Positions 1 through 8,582 of a DNA stretch of 64,000 nt are shown here, piece by piece. The stretch lies in the NCBI GenBank assembly GCA_048538235.1, contig JBLYPX010000001.1, forward strand, positions 521,015 to 585,014, read 5' to 3'. Numbering within the stretch: the stretch's first letter is position 1; every line of letters starts with the position of its first letter. Below the pieces are notes generated by a model. That model did no database searches. It worked only from the letters and a program-made list of their open reading frames with translations, and was not told the DNA's origin. The position numbers and the translations under genes were made by a program. The DNA comes from Candidatus Komeilibacteria bacterium. Its GTDB lineage: Bacteria; Patescibacteriota; Patescibacteriia; UBA1558.

Positions 1-461
1 AAAAATACAATAGCTATGGATGTGCCAATCGACCCAATACTTAAAAATAATCCCCCAAATATTTTCTTAAAAACTAAAATAAATTTTGATTCAGATTTTA
101 TATTTAATAACAAAGCAGTTCCTCTGATAACAATTCCTATTAAACCACCAAATATACTAACGCCTGTTAAAAATAATGCTGGATCTAAAAAACTCCAAAA
201 AACAAAATAACCATCATGATCATATTCGATTACTTGCAACAAAATTAAATAAACAAAACTTGTTATCAATGACCCAATAATAAGCTTGGGTAGAAACCTA
301 TAACTTCTATCTTCATTCTGAACCAATACCATCAATACACCAGCTAACATGGGCAATAATAAAAGTTGAAAACCCAACAAAAAACTAAACCAATGAGGTA
401 CTGTATAAAATATTAAACCTACTACGATTGTTATAAGTGAAATCAAATAAATTTTTTTCAT
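1..461 (-). CDS. Hypothetical multi-pass membrane protein, 3' end outside window
   Basis: Not in the ORF track. Reading by hand from ATG at 461 gives MKKIYLISLITIVVGLIFYTVPHWFSFLLG..., open to base 1 and strongly hydrophobic. The ATG overlaps the upstream TGA (ATGA). Confidence 0.75.
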   Translation of the reverse strand, partial: MKKIYLISLITIVVGLIFYTVPHWFSFLLGFQLLLLPMLAGVLMVLVQNEDRSYRFLPKLIIGSLITSFVYLILLQVIEYDHDGYFVFWSFLDPALFLTGVSIFGGLIGIVIRGTALLLNIKSESKFILVFKKIFGGLFLSIGSIGTSIAIVF

Positions 462-883
462 ATCTTTGTTTTTCTAAAAATATTATTAAAATATACAAAC
501 AATAAATAACCCATGAAAACACCAACAAAATTAAGAATAATATCATCGACATCAAAAATACCAGACTTGAATAAAATTTGTAGTAATTCTAAAATTATTC
601 CCGTAATTAATGCTGTCAATAAAACACTTTTCCATTGTAATTTTTGGTATATGCCAGTAAGTAAAAACCCAAAAGGAATTAAAGCAATAATATTACCTAA
701 AATATTACGCATCGCTATTCCCCAAGTTGGTTCTCCTGAAATATACCCAAAAATAGTTTTGAAGGGAATTAAATTTGCATTACTAAAGTTAAATATCACC
801 TCAGACGGATATTTAAAAACAATTAATTTAATTAATATCACTAGATACAAAACTAAAATCACAAATAAAAAATTTCTTTTCAT
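458..883 (-). CDS. VanZ-family membrane protein
   Basis: Motifs NLIPF, NILGNI..IPFG, ELLQ, FDVDDIILN. Start moved to MKRNF (883), just after the upstream stop. Confidence 0.85.
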   Translation of the reverse strand: MKRNFLFVILVLYLVILIKLIVFKYPSEVIFNFSNANLIPFKTIFGYISGEPTWGIAMRNILGNIIALIPFGFLLTGIYQKLQWKSVLLTALITGIILELLQILFKSGIFDVDDIILNFVGVFMGYLLFVYFNNIFRKTKI

Positions 884-887
884 AGGA

Positions 888-1784
888 TTACCAATAAATA
901 ATATTTTCATCATCAGACCAGAAAACGTATTCGTATCTATTTTTAGATAGTCTGTTATTTTGTTTAATAATTTCTCCGGTTTCAGTATCAGCGATAAATA
1001 TAGTCCAATATTCGGTTGGTGTATCATAATCAATTGACTCTATTTTAGCCTCAATTGCCAAGCGATTGCCGTCAAGAGAAAAAACCACATGATTAAAATC
1101 AAGTAATTTCATTTCCCCAAAATGGGAAATGAAATATACATCATTTTGTGAAGTTAAATGAATTAATCTTAAACTTAAATTTTGATTATTACAGCTATGA
1201 TCAATTTCTAAAACAGGAGGATTCTTAACACATTCACTTTCAAGAAAAACTACTTTTTGTCCATCTTTTGATTTGGCAACTAACTTACCCTTGGTTGGTA
1301 ATTCTACTGTTTTCCTTGTTTTAAAATCTAAATAATAATTGAAAAATGGTCCATTATATAGCTTTGAATCTTTTGGCCACTGCCAAGCAGAACCAATTAA
1401 AGTATCTTCCGATAGAGGTGTAAGTACGGGGTCTATATAGTTAGTGTAAAATCCTAAAGAATCCTTAATTTCTCCATTTTTCATTATTCTGGTCCAACCA
1501 ACACCACCCTCACCCTTAATATGCTTAAAAGAAAAAACATCATCATTTTTATCAATACTAAAAATAGACGGTTCATTTAAACTCAATATTTGTCCTGATA
1601 AATTATTAAATTCGGCATCTATTTCCTCGAATTTATTTTGTGTATGGCAATTAAAATATGGTGGCTGAGTTAGACAAGCATCACCACGTTTAAACCAATA
1701 CATACCCGTCAATAAACAAAACAATAGCAATAGTGATAATAAAATTGAAATGATGGTTAAAATTATTACAGCTTTATTTTTCAT
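888..1784 (-). CDS. Hypothetical exported or membrane-anchored protein, possibly beta-propeller/TolB-like
   Basis: 298 aa, N-terminal hydrophobic segment, repeats such as SKDGQKVVF and FSLDGNRLAI. Confidence 0.65.
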   Translation of the reverse strand: MKNKAVIILTIISILLSLLLLFCLLTGMYWFKRGDACLTQPPYFNCHTQNKFEEIDAEFNNLSGQILSLNEPSIFSIDKNDDVFSFKHIKGEGGVGWTRIMKNGEIKDSLGFYTNYIDPVLTPLSEDTLIGSAWQWPKDSKLYNGPFFNYYLDFKTRKTVELPTKGKLVAKSKDGQKVVFLESECVKNPPVLEIDHSCNNQNLSLRLIHLTSQNDVYFISHFGEMKLLDFNHVVFSLDGNRLAIEAKIESIDYDTPTEYWTIFIADTETGEIIKQNNRLSKNRYEYVFWSDDENIIYW

Positions 1785-1814
1785 ATAATTTAGTATACCT
1801 TATTTCAGGTAAAC

Positions 1815-1840
1815 AAAAAACTTCTGCTTTCACAAAAGTT
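1815..1840 (-). terminator. Intrinsic terminator after tRNA-Asn
   Basis: Minus strand AACTTTTG-TGAAAG-CAGAAGTT followed by a T-run, directly 3' of the tRNA CCA. Confidence 0.55.
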
Positions 1841-1846
1841 CCTTGA

Positions 1847-1921
1847 TGGTTCCGGGGGCAGGATTCGAACCTACGACATCGTGATTAACAGTCACGCGTT
1901 CTACCACTGAACTACCCCGGA
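1847..1921 (-). tRNA. tRNA-Asn (anticodon GTT)
   Basis: Cloverleaf TCCGGGG TA GTTC-AGTGGTA-GAAC G CGTGA-CT GTT AA-TCACG ATGTC GTAGG-TTCGAAT-CCTGC CCCCGGA A CCA. Confidence 0.97.
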
Positions 1922-1952
1922 ATAAATAAAAACCGGCCCTCGCAGGCCGGTT
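1922..1952 (-). terminator. Attenuator terminator (3:4 hairpin) immediately upstream of tRNA-Asn
   Basis: AACCGGCC-TGCGAG-GGCCGGTT followed by TTTATTTAT; an 8-bp GC-rich stem. Confidence 0.85.
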
Positions 1953-1978
1953 ATCAAAATATAAAGATTTCCGCCTGC

Positions 1979-2032
1979 TTAGCTGCCGGTATTATTATTG
2001 TTATTATTCAATTCTGCGGAATATAATTTCAT
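1979..2032 (-). CDS. Asn-rich leader peptide MKLYSAELNNNNNNTGS (putative attenuator peptide)
   Basis: ATG at 2032, six Asn codons AAT AAT AAC AAT AAT AAT at 2008-1991, TAA at 1981-1979. Lies between the promoter and the tRNA-Asn gene. Confidence 0.8.
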   Translation of the reverse strand: MKLYSAELNNNNNNTGS

Positions 2033-2041
2033 ACTAAATAT

Positions 2042-2070
2042 ATATTAACAGGATTACGGTAATAAGTCAA
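2042..2070 (-). promoter_or_regulatory. sigma70-type promoter for leader peptide and tRNA-Asn
   Basis: TTGACT-17 nt-TAATAT with an extended -10 TG. Confidence 0.7.
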
Positions 2071-2095
2071 ACCCCCTATTAAAATAGGGGGTTTT
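2069..2095 (-). terminator. Intrinsic terminator of SIMPL gene
   Basis: AAACCCCCTATT-AA-AATAGGGGGTTT inverted repeat directly after the stop. Confidence 0.75.
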
Positions 2096-2101
2096 ATTAT
2101 T

Positions 2102-2866
2102 TTATTTAATCTTATACACAAGTGTTACATTTACAGTTACTTCCATTTCACCTGAAGCTATGTCTGGGATTGGACCGCCACCACCACCAATTCCAGCAGA
2201 TACAGACTCTGCATAAGCAAAATCATTTCTGTACATTGGTTGAGGGTTGGAGGATTCATAAATATTCACAATATCTCCTAATGAAATACCGGCCGCATCA
2301 GCAATAGCTTGTGCTTTTTCTTTAGCCTTAGCTATAGCATCTACTCTAGCCTCTGCTTGCAGCTCATCTTGATCATCTATAGTAAAGCTAACATTACCAA
2401 TTTGGTTAGCACCAACAGATGATACAGCTTCCACAATTTCACCAATCTTTTCTAAATCTCTAATCTTTACAGTAGCTGCTTGATATAGTTCATAACCAAT
2501 TAAGTTTCTAATACCATCTTCTCTACCATAACTATATACTGGATTTAAGTTATATTGAGTTGTTTTAACATCTTTGTCCTCTACTTCAAGTTCAGCTAAT
2601 TTTGCCATTACAGCATTCATTTTTTCTGTACCGGCTTTAGTAGCACCTACTGCTTCATTAAAACGTTCAGTTTGAACACCAAAAGAAATAGTTGCAATAT
2701 CTGGCTTAGCAAATACCTCACCTTCAGCAGATACTGACATTTGGTTCATATTAGGATTAACAATCCTATCGCGAAGTATAGATAATACTCCTAAGGCAAT
2801 AACACCAACAATAAGTACTAAAGATAGTATATATTTTGGTTCTTGCCATTTACATTCTTTTTCCAT
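2102..2866 (-). CDS. SIMPL (DUF541/BP26) domain protein
   Basis: N-terminal TM, VSAEGEV..KPDIA, AIAKAKEKAQAIA, C-terminal EVTVNVTLVY. Confidence 0.9.
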   Translation of the reverse strand: MEKECKWQEPKYILSLVLIVGVIALGVLSILRDRIVNPNMNQMSVSAEGEVFAKPDIATISFGVQTERFNEAVGATKAGTEKMNAVMAKLAELEVEDKDVKTTQYNLNPVYSYGREDGIRNLIGYELYQAATVKIRDLEKIGEIVEAVSSVGANQIGNVSFTIDDQDELQAEARVDAIAKAKEKAQAIADAAGISLGDIVNIYESSNPQPMYRNDFAYAESVSAGIGGGGGPIPDIASGEMEVTVNVTLVYKIK

Positions 2867-2872
2867 ATTTTT

Positions 2873-5530
2873 TTAATTACTTATTAAAACTCTTTTATGT
2901 CGAGCTATAAATATATATTTAATTAACTCTATTAATAATATTACTACTAAACTTGCGCCCAATACTATTCCCCATTCCATCATATTTAAAGCTGTAGTTC
3001 TTAATATTCTCTGAAAGAAAGGAATATAGAGCGCTAATAATTGTACCATAAACCCTCCAACAACTGCTAGTATTAAAAATTTATTAGCAAAAAAACCTTT
3101 ATGTAAAATGGAATGTCTTAAAGATCTGCAACTGAATACATATAGTAATGAATCTACTCCCAAGGTGGCAAAGACAAGCGATCTAGCTAAACTAAGATCT
3201 CCAGTATGAGTATAGTATAGGTGGAAGATAATTAAACTAGATATAGCCGTTACCAAAGAAATGGTAGCAATTAGTATATTTCGTTCTGCGTCTAAGATTG
3301 GTTTTTGTCTTTCTTGAGGCGGTTCTTGCATTATTTCTTTCTCTTCTGGTTCAACCGTTAATGCCATATTAGGAAAACCGTCTGTTACTAAATTAATCCA
3401 AAGTATTTGAGCTGGTAATAAAGGTAATGGCCAGCCTAGTATTAAACTACCCATAATTAATAAAACTTCTGAGAATGAATCAGAAAGGAGATATAGTATT
3501 ACTTTTTTAATATTGTCATATATTACCCTACCTTGTTCTATAGCAGCAGCTATGGCTGAGTAATTATTATTCATTAAAACAAGATCAGCTGTTTCTTTAG
3601 CAATATCTGTACCTGAACCTAGGGCTACGCCAATATCTGCCTGTTTTAAGGCTGGCGCATCATTAATGCCATCACCAGTCATAGCCACAACTTCACCGTG
3701 ACTTTGCAAGGCTTTAACTATTCTTAATTTATCGTGTGGAGATACGCGGGCGTATATAACTATTTTTTTAACAACTTTAGCTAAATCAATATCGCTCATA
3801 CTAAGCATATCTTTTCCTTCAATAATGGCATCTCTGCCAATCTTTAATCCCAAGTCTTCAGCAATAGCCTTAGCTGTCTCTTTATTATCCCCTGTTATTA
3901 TTATTGTTTTAACACCAGCTTTACCTATTAAATGCAATGTTCTTTTAGTATCTGGTCTTAATGGATCTTTCATGGCTAAAAAGCCAACAATGGTCAAATC
4001 TTGTAATGCTGTTTCTAAGTTTAACTCTAATCCTAGTTTTTCTTCCCTGTAAGCTACTGCTACAACTCTTAATTTCTTTTTAGCAAGCTTAGAAAGCTTT
4101 GCCTTTAATTCTTTTTTAACCTTAGGTGTTAATTTAATAGCTACACCACTCTTTTCTACTTTAGTGGCTGCTTCTAAAATATATTCTGGAGCACCCTTTA
4201 AATATATTATCTTCTTTGTTTTAGATAATTTATGGGCTGTAGCCATAAATTTATTAGATGAATCAAAAGGTATCTCAGCAATACGTGGCAAATCCTTTTC
4301 TAAGATCTTTCTTTGTAAGCCAATTTGTGATCCGGCAAGCAGTAATGCTTTTTCTGTAGCAGAACCTATTGGCCTTCCTTCTCTGTCAAACTCTGCGTCA
4401 TTACACATAATAGCTGCCTTTAAAGTTGAGAAAACAGATAAAGATGAATCTACTTTTTTCTTTTTTGTATTTGTAAAATCAAACTCTTCATTAGCTGTAG
4501 CAATATGCACAACTCTCATCTCACCCTCTGTTAATGTTCCTGTTTTATCTGTACAAATAACTGTTGTACTACCTAATGTTTCAGCGGCTACTAATTTTTT
4601 AACTAAAGCTTTCTTTTTTAATACTCTTTGCATACCAATAGCTAGTATTACTGTAACAGCTACGGCTAACCCTTCTGGAATAGCAGCGACTGCAATAGCT
4701 ACGGCTGTATTAAACATTAGAACCAAATCATTACCATAAAAAGCACCAATGCCAAAAATTGCTAAGCAAATAAATAGTATTATTAAACCTAATTTACGAC
4801 TAAACTTATTTAACTTTTTCTGTAAAGGAGTTTCTTCATCTTCAGTGTCTTTAAGAAGTTTTGCTATTTTACCAATCTCTGTATTTATACCAGTAGCTAC
4901 TATAACTGCCTTACCAACACCGCGAGACACTAAAGTGCTCATGTATACCATATTCTTTCTATCTGCTAGCGCTAATCCTGTAGACATTCTATCTATACTT
5001 TTATTAACTGGGGCAGACTCGCCTGTTAAAGCAGCTTCTTCAACCTCTAAATCGTATGCTTCAATAAGTCTAGCATCAGCTGGTATTCTATCTCCGGCTT
5101 TTAAGAAAATAATATCTCCTGGTACAAGTTCTGCAGCAGATATCTCCTTTTTACCACCATCTCTTAACACTAAAGCTTTAGCAACGATAACAGACTGTAA
5201 TTTTTGCAAAGCTTTCTGAGCCTTACCTTCTTGTATAAACCCAATAATTACATTTAGAAAAACAGCTACAAAAATAATATATGCATCAATATGTTCTCCT
5301 AAAAACATACTAACAATACCTGCTATTAGCAAAATATATATTAATGCACTTTTAAACTGATTAAAAAAGATAGCCACTCTTGTTAACCTTTTACCCCTGG
5401 GTAAAGAGTTGCTACCAATTACTTTTAGTCTTTTTTTAGCTTCTGAGGTGCTTAAACCATCAACACTACTGTGTAAACGATTGAATACAACCTTTATTCC
5501 AAAGCTGTGCCAAGTAATATTATTATTCAT
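2873..5530 (-). CDS. Cation-transporting P-type ATPase (P2A, Ca2+-type)
   Basis: LTGES, IPEGL, DKTGTLT, KGAPE, TGDGINDAPAL motifs. Confidence 0.95.
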   Translation of the reverse strand: MNNNITWHSFGIKVVFNRLHSSVDGLSTSEAKKRLKVIGSNSLPRGKRLTRVAIFFNQFKSALIYILLIAGIVSMFLGEHIDAYIIFVAVFLNVIIGFIQEGKAQKALQKLQSVIVAKALVLRDGGKKEISAAELVPGDIIFLKAGDRIPADARLIEAYDLEVEEAALTGESAPVNKSIDRMSTGLALADRKNMVYMSTLVSRGVGKAVIVATGINTEIGKIAKLLKDTEDEETPLQKKLNKFSRKLGLIILFICLAIFGIGAFYGNDLVLMFNTAVAIAVAAIPEGLAVAVTVILAIGMQRVLKKKALVKKLVAAETLGSTTVICTDKTGTLTEGEMRVVHIATANEEFDFTNTKKKKVDSSLSVFSTLKAAIMCNDAEFDREGRPIGSATEKALLLAGSQIGLQRKILEKDLPRIAEIPFDSSNKFMATAHKLSKTKKIIYLKGAPEYILEAATKVEKSGVAIKLTPKVKKELKAKLSKLAKKKLRVVAVAYREEKLGLELNLETALQDLTIVGFLAMKDPLRPDTKRTLHLIGKAGVKTIIITGDNKETAKAIAEDLGLKIGRDAIIEGKDMLSMSDIDLAKVVKKIVIYARVSPHDKLRIVKALQSHGEVVAMTGDGINDAPALKQADIGVALGSGTDIAKETADLVLMNNNYSAIAAAIEQGRVIYDNIKKVILYLLSDSFSEVLLIMGSLILGWPLPLLPAQILWINLVTDGFPNMALTVEPEEKEIMQEPPQERQKPILDAERNILIATISLVTAISSLIIFHLYYTHTGDLSLARSLVFATLGVDSLLYVFSCRSLRHSILHKGFFANKFLILAVVGGFMVQLLALYIPFFQRILRTTALNMMEWGIVLGASLVVILLIELIKYIFIARHKRVLISN

Positions 5531-5588
5531 AAATAACTGTTAATTTAAAATAATTATACCAGAAATGGGCATTTTTGACGAACTAATC

Positions 5589-5617
5589 TTGACACAGTAA
5601 TACATTTTATATATAAT
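5589..5617 (+). promoter_or_regulatory. Consensus sigma70 promoter of tRNA-Lys
   Basis: Perfect TTGACA-17 nt-TATAAT. Confidence 0.9.
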
Positions 5618-5634
5618 ACTAGCGTTATTTTCGT

Positions 5635-5711
5635 GCGCGCATAGCTCAGCCTGGTAGAGCAACTGCCTTTTAAGCAGATGGTCGGGGGTTCAAATCCCTC
5701 TGCGCGTACCA
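5635..5711 (+). tRNA. tRNA-Lys (anticodon TTT)
   Basis: GCGCGCA TA GCTC-AGCCTGGTA-GAGC A ACTGC-CT TTT AA-GCAGA TGGTC GGGGG-TTCAAAT-CCCTC TGCGCGT A CCA. Confidence 0.96.
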
Positions 5712-5716
5712 GTTTT

Positions 5717-5741
5717 AACCCTTTTTCTAAAGGGTTTTTTT
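5717..5741 (+). terminator. Intrinsic terminator after tRNA-Lys
   Basis: AACCCTTT-TTCT-AAAGGGTT plus T-run. Confidence 0.8.
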
Positions 5742-5830
5742 GTTAATAACTAGGTGGACAATATATGCATAAAAAATACTGGACTTATTGTGTTTTTTTG
5801 GTAAAATACATAGGCTATTAACATACAAAT

Positions 5831-7216
5831 ATGGCTAATGAAATAACTAAATTACCTCCACAAAATATTGAAGCTGAGCAATCTGTGCTTGGTTCTTTGC
5901 TTATAGACAAAGAAGCTATTACTAAAGTAGTAAATGTTGTTGCCCCAGAAGATTTCTATAAAGATGCGCATAGATTTATTTTTGAAGCTGCTTTAGAGTT
6001 ATTTGAAAAACGTGAACCAATAGATACTCTATCTTTGGCTAGCCTTTTAACAGATAAGGGTAACTTAGATAAAATTGGTGGTAAAAGCTATTTAGCATCA
6101 TTATCTAATTCTGTACCAACTGCTTCCAATGTTGCTTCTTATGCAGAAATAGTTCAAAAGAAATCTACCTTAAGAAGACTAATTAAAGCTGCTGCAGATA
6201 TTGCAGCCATGGGATATGATGAAGTTACAGAAATAGATTCTTTACTAGATGAATCTGAACAAAAGCTTTTCAATATTTCGCAGAGATTCTTAAAAGAAGA
6301 GTTTACTCCAATTAAGAATGTTTTACATGGCACTTTTGATCGTATTGATGAGTTACATAAAGGAGCCGGTAAAATTAGAGGTTTATCTACTGGTTTTAAA
6401 GATTTAGACAATATCTTAGCAGGACTTCAAAACTCTGACTTGGTTATTCTAGCTGCTCGTCCTTCTGTTGGTAAAACTTCTATTGCCTTAGACATGGCCA
6501 GACATATTGCTACTGAAGGTAAAAAAAGTGTTGGTATCTTTTCTTTAGAAATGAGTAAAGAACAGCTAGTAGATAGATTATTATGCGCTCAAGCAGATGT
6601 TTCATTATGGAAAATGAGAACAGGTAAATTGTCAGATAAAAACACAGATGATGACTTCCCTAGAATTGGACAAGCTATGGGTGTTTTATCTGAAGCACAA
6701 ATATTTATTGATGACTCTGCTTCTTGTAATATTATGGAGATTAGAACAAAGGCTAGAAGGCTTAAAATGGAATACGGTCTAGACCTAATGATTGTTGACT
6801 ACTTACAGCTAATGGAAGGTAGAAGTTCTCATGGAGATAACCGTGTACAAGAAATTGCCGAAATTAGTCGTGCTTTAAAGAGTATTGCCCGTGAATTAGA
6901 TATACCAGTTCTAGCTTTATCTCAATTGTCTCGTGCTGTTGAACAATCTAAACCAGCTATACCTAAACTTGCTCATTTAAGAGATTCTGGATCTATTGAG
7001 CAGGATGCTGATGTAGTAATGTTTATTTACAGAAAAGCTGCAGATAGAAACTATAGATTAGAAGACTTGTCTCCAGAAGAAAAAACTTCTGCTGAAGTTC
7101 ATGTTGCTAAACACAGAAATGGTCCTACTGGTATGGTAAAACTATTTTTCGACACTGAACCTGTTAGCTTTAAAACAGTAGCTAAGGAACAGTACGATAT
7201 TCCCCCAGAATTTTAA
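5831..7216 (+). CDS. dnaB: Replicative DNA helicase
   Basis: PPQNIEAEQSVLG, ARPSVGKT, DYLQL, LRDSGSIEQDAD, KHRNG. Confidence 0.98.
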   Translation: MANEITKLPPQNIEAEQSVLGSLLIDKEAITKVVNVVAPEDFYKDAHRFIFEAALELFEKREPIDTLSLASLLTDKGNLDKIGGKSYLASLSNSVPTASNVASYAEIVQKKSTLRRLIKAAADIAAMGYDEVTEIDSLLDESEQKLFNISQRFLKEEFTPIKNVLHGTFDRIDELHKGAGKIRGLSTGFKDLDNILAGLQNSDLVILAARPSVGKTSIALDMARHIATEGKKSVGIFSLEMSKEQLVDRLLCAQADVSLWKMRTGKLSDKNTDDDFPRIGQAMGVLSEAQIFIDDSASCNIMEIRTKARRLKMEYGLDLMIVDYLQLMEGRSSHGDNRVQEIAEISRALKSIARELDIPVLALSQLSRAVEQSKPAIPKLAHLRDSGSIEQDADVVMFIYRKAADRNYRLEDLSPEEKTSAEVHVAKHRNGPTGMVKLFFDTEPVSFKTVAKEQYDIPPEF

Positions 7217-7290
7217 GTCACCCCAAAAATTCGTCGCAAGGCTCCTCAGCTTTCGGGGACCCCGACTATTAATAAATAACATAAAAACAA

Positions 7291-7560
7291 ATGTCATTAT
7301 TTTCTAAACTAGGAGATATTAAAGAAATGAAGAGCCAGGCACAAGCTATGCAAGCTATGCTCGCTCAAGAAAAGGTAACCACCGAGTATAAAGGGATTAG
7401 TATTACTATGGACGGTAACCAAGAAATATTAGATGTTCAAGTTTCTGATGAAGCTTTTAATAACAAAGAAGAATTTGCAGCTAATTTAAAAACTGCTTTA
7501 GCAGATAGTATTAAAAAAGTACAAAGATTAATGGCTACCAAATTAGGTGGCATGATGTAA
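7291..7560 (+). CDS. ybaB: YbaB/EbfC nucleoid-associated protein
   Basis: 89 aa, AQAMQ..L, ITMDGNQEI; canonical position upstream of recR. Confidence 0.85.
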   Translation: MSLFSKLGDIKEMKSQAQAMQAMLAQEKVTTEYKGISITMDGNQEILDVQVSDEAFNNKEEFAANLKTALADSIKKVQRLMATKLGGMM

Positions 7561-7561
7561 T

Positions 7562-8161
7562 ATGCAATACTTACCAAAAGCTGTTGAGCGTTTAATACGC
7601 CAGTTCGACAAATTACCAGGCATTGGACCTAAAACTAGTGAAAAGCTAGTCTTTCATCTTTTAGGCAGACCTAAAGAAGATTTGCAAGAATTTGCAGATT
7701 CTTTAATTCAAGCTAGAGAAGATATTACAACTTGTCCGCTTTGTTTTAATTATGCAGACACTACTCCTTGTTCCATCTGTGGAGATAAAAACAGAGTTAA
7801 GGATAAAATATGTGTGGTTGCTGAAACAGCAGACGTACAAGCTATTGAAAAGTTACAAGCTTTTGATGGAGTCTTTCATGTTTTACATGGAATGATTAAT
7901 CCACCAGAAGGATTAACACCAGATAAACTAAAGATTAAAGAGTTACAAGAAAGAATTAATAAACATAAACCTAAAGAAATAATCCTTGCTTTAAATCATG
8001 ACATCAATGGTGAAACCACTTCCTTGTATTTAGCTAAACTATTAAAGAACAGTCATGTCAAAATAACTAGACTAGCTAAAGGGTTACCGTCGGGTAGTGA
8101 AATAGAGTATGCAGATGATATTACTCTGTCCTATGCTTTTAAAGATAGAAAAGAATTATAG
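7562..8161 (+). CDS. recR: Recombination mediator RecR
   Basis: LPGIGPKT HhH motif, C4 zinc finger, Toprim domain, GLPSGSEIEYAD. Confidence 0.97.
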   Translation: MQYLPKAVERLIRQFDKLPGIGPKTSEKLVFHLLGRPKEDLQEFADSLIQAREDITTCPLCFNYADTTPCSICGDKNRVKDKICVVAETADVQAIEKLQAFDGVFHVLHGMINPPEGLTPDKLKIKELQERINKHKPKEIILALNHDINGETTSLYLAKLLKNSHVKITRLAKGLPSGSEIEYADDITLSYAFKDRKEL

Positions 8162-8166
8162 ATAAC

Positions 8167-8200
8167 AAAAAAACAACTGAATCACTTCAGTTGTTTTTTT
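8167..8200. terminator. Bidirectional terminator between recR and rplU
   Basis: AAAAAAACAACTGAA-TCAC-TTCAGTTGTTTTTTT between convergent genes. Confidence 0.85.
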
Positions 8201-8207
8201 ATTTGTA

Positions 8208-8519
8208 TTAAACTCTTGTAATTTCTAATTCAGTAAAAGCTTGTCTATGACCGAAAGTCTTCTTGTAACGAGTCTTATTCTTATACTTCACTACTTTGAC
8301 CTTCTTAGCCTTTGCTTGACGTAATACTTTAGCTTCAACAGTTTCTTTTAGAGTAGGCTTACCTAATTCTAATTTAGAACCTTTTTCATCACTTTTTAGT
8401 AATACATCTTTTATTTCAAGTTTTTCTCCTGGTTCGCCAATAAGTTTCTCAACTTTAACCTTATCTCCTTTTTTTACAACATATTGTTTACCACCAGTTT
8501 TGATTACAGCGATTGTCAT
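8208..8519 (-). CDS. rplU: 50S ribosomal protein L21
   Basis: AVIKTGGKQY, GHRQAFT. Confidence 0.97.
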   Translation of the reverse strand: MTIAVIKTGGKQYVVKKGDKVKVEKLIGEPGEKLEIKDVLLKSDEKGSKLELGKPTLKETVEAKVLRQAKAKKVKVVKYKNKTRYKKTFGHRQAFTELEITRV

Positions 8520-8582
8520 ATTTTCTGATTATAATTAAAAATTAAGTATGAAAGTATGGATATTATATGGTAAAAAAGGATA

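Noticed and set aside
16-210. 64-aa + strand ORF
   Set aside because: Antisense shadow of a longer minus-strand membrane protein gene starting at 461.
1991-2008. (AAT)n tract as a mere microsatellite
   Set aside because: It is in frame between ATG and TAA, includes a synonymous AAC, and lies upstream of the cognate tRNA with alternative helices. Chance is unlikely though not excluded.
5635-5711. tRNA-Lys with G1-U72 wobble and an A27-A43 mismatch; possible Lys leader
   Set aside because: Such deviations occur in functional tRNAs, and the promoter is directly upstream with no leader ORF or attenuator.
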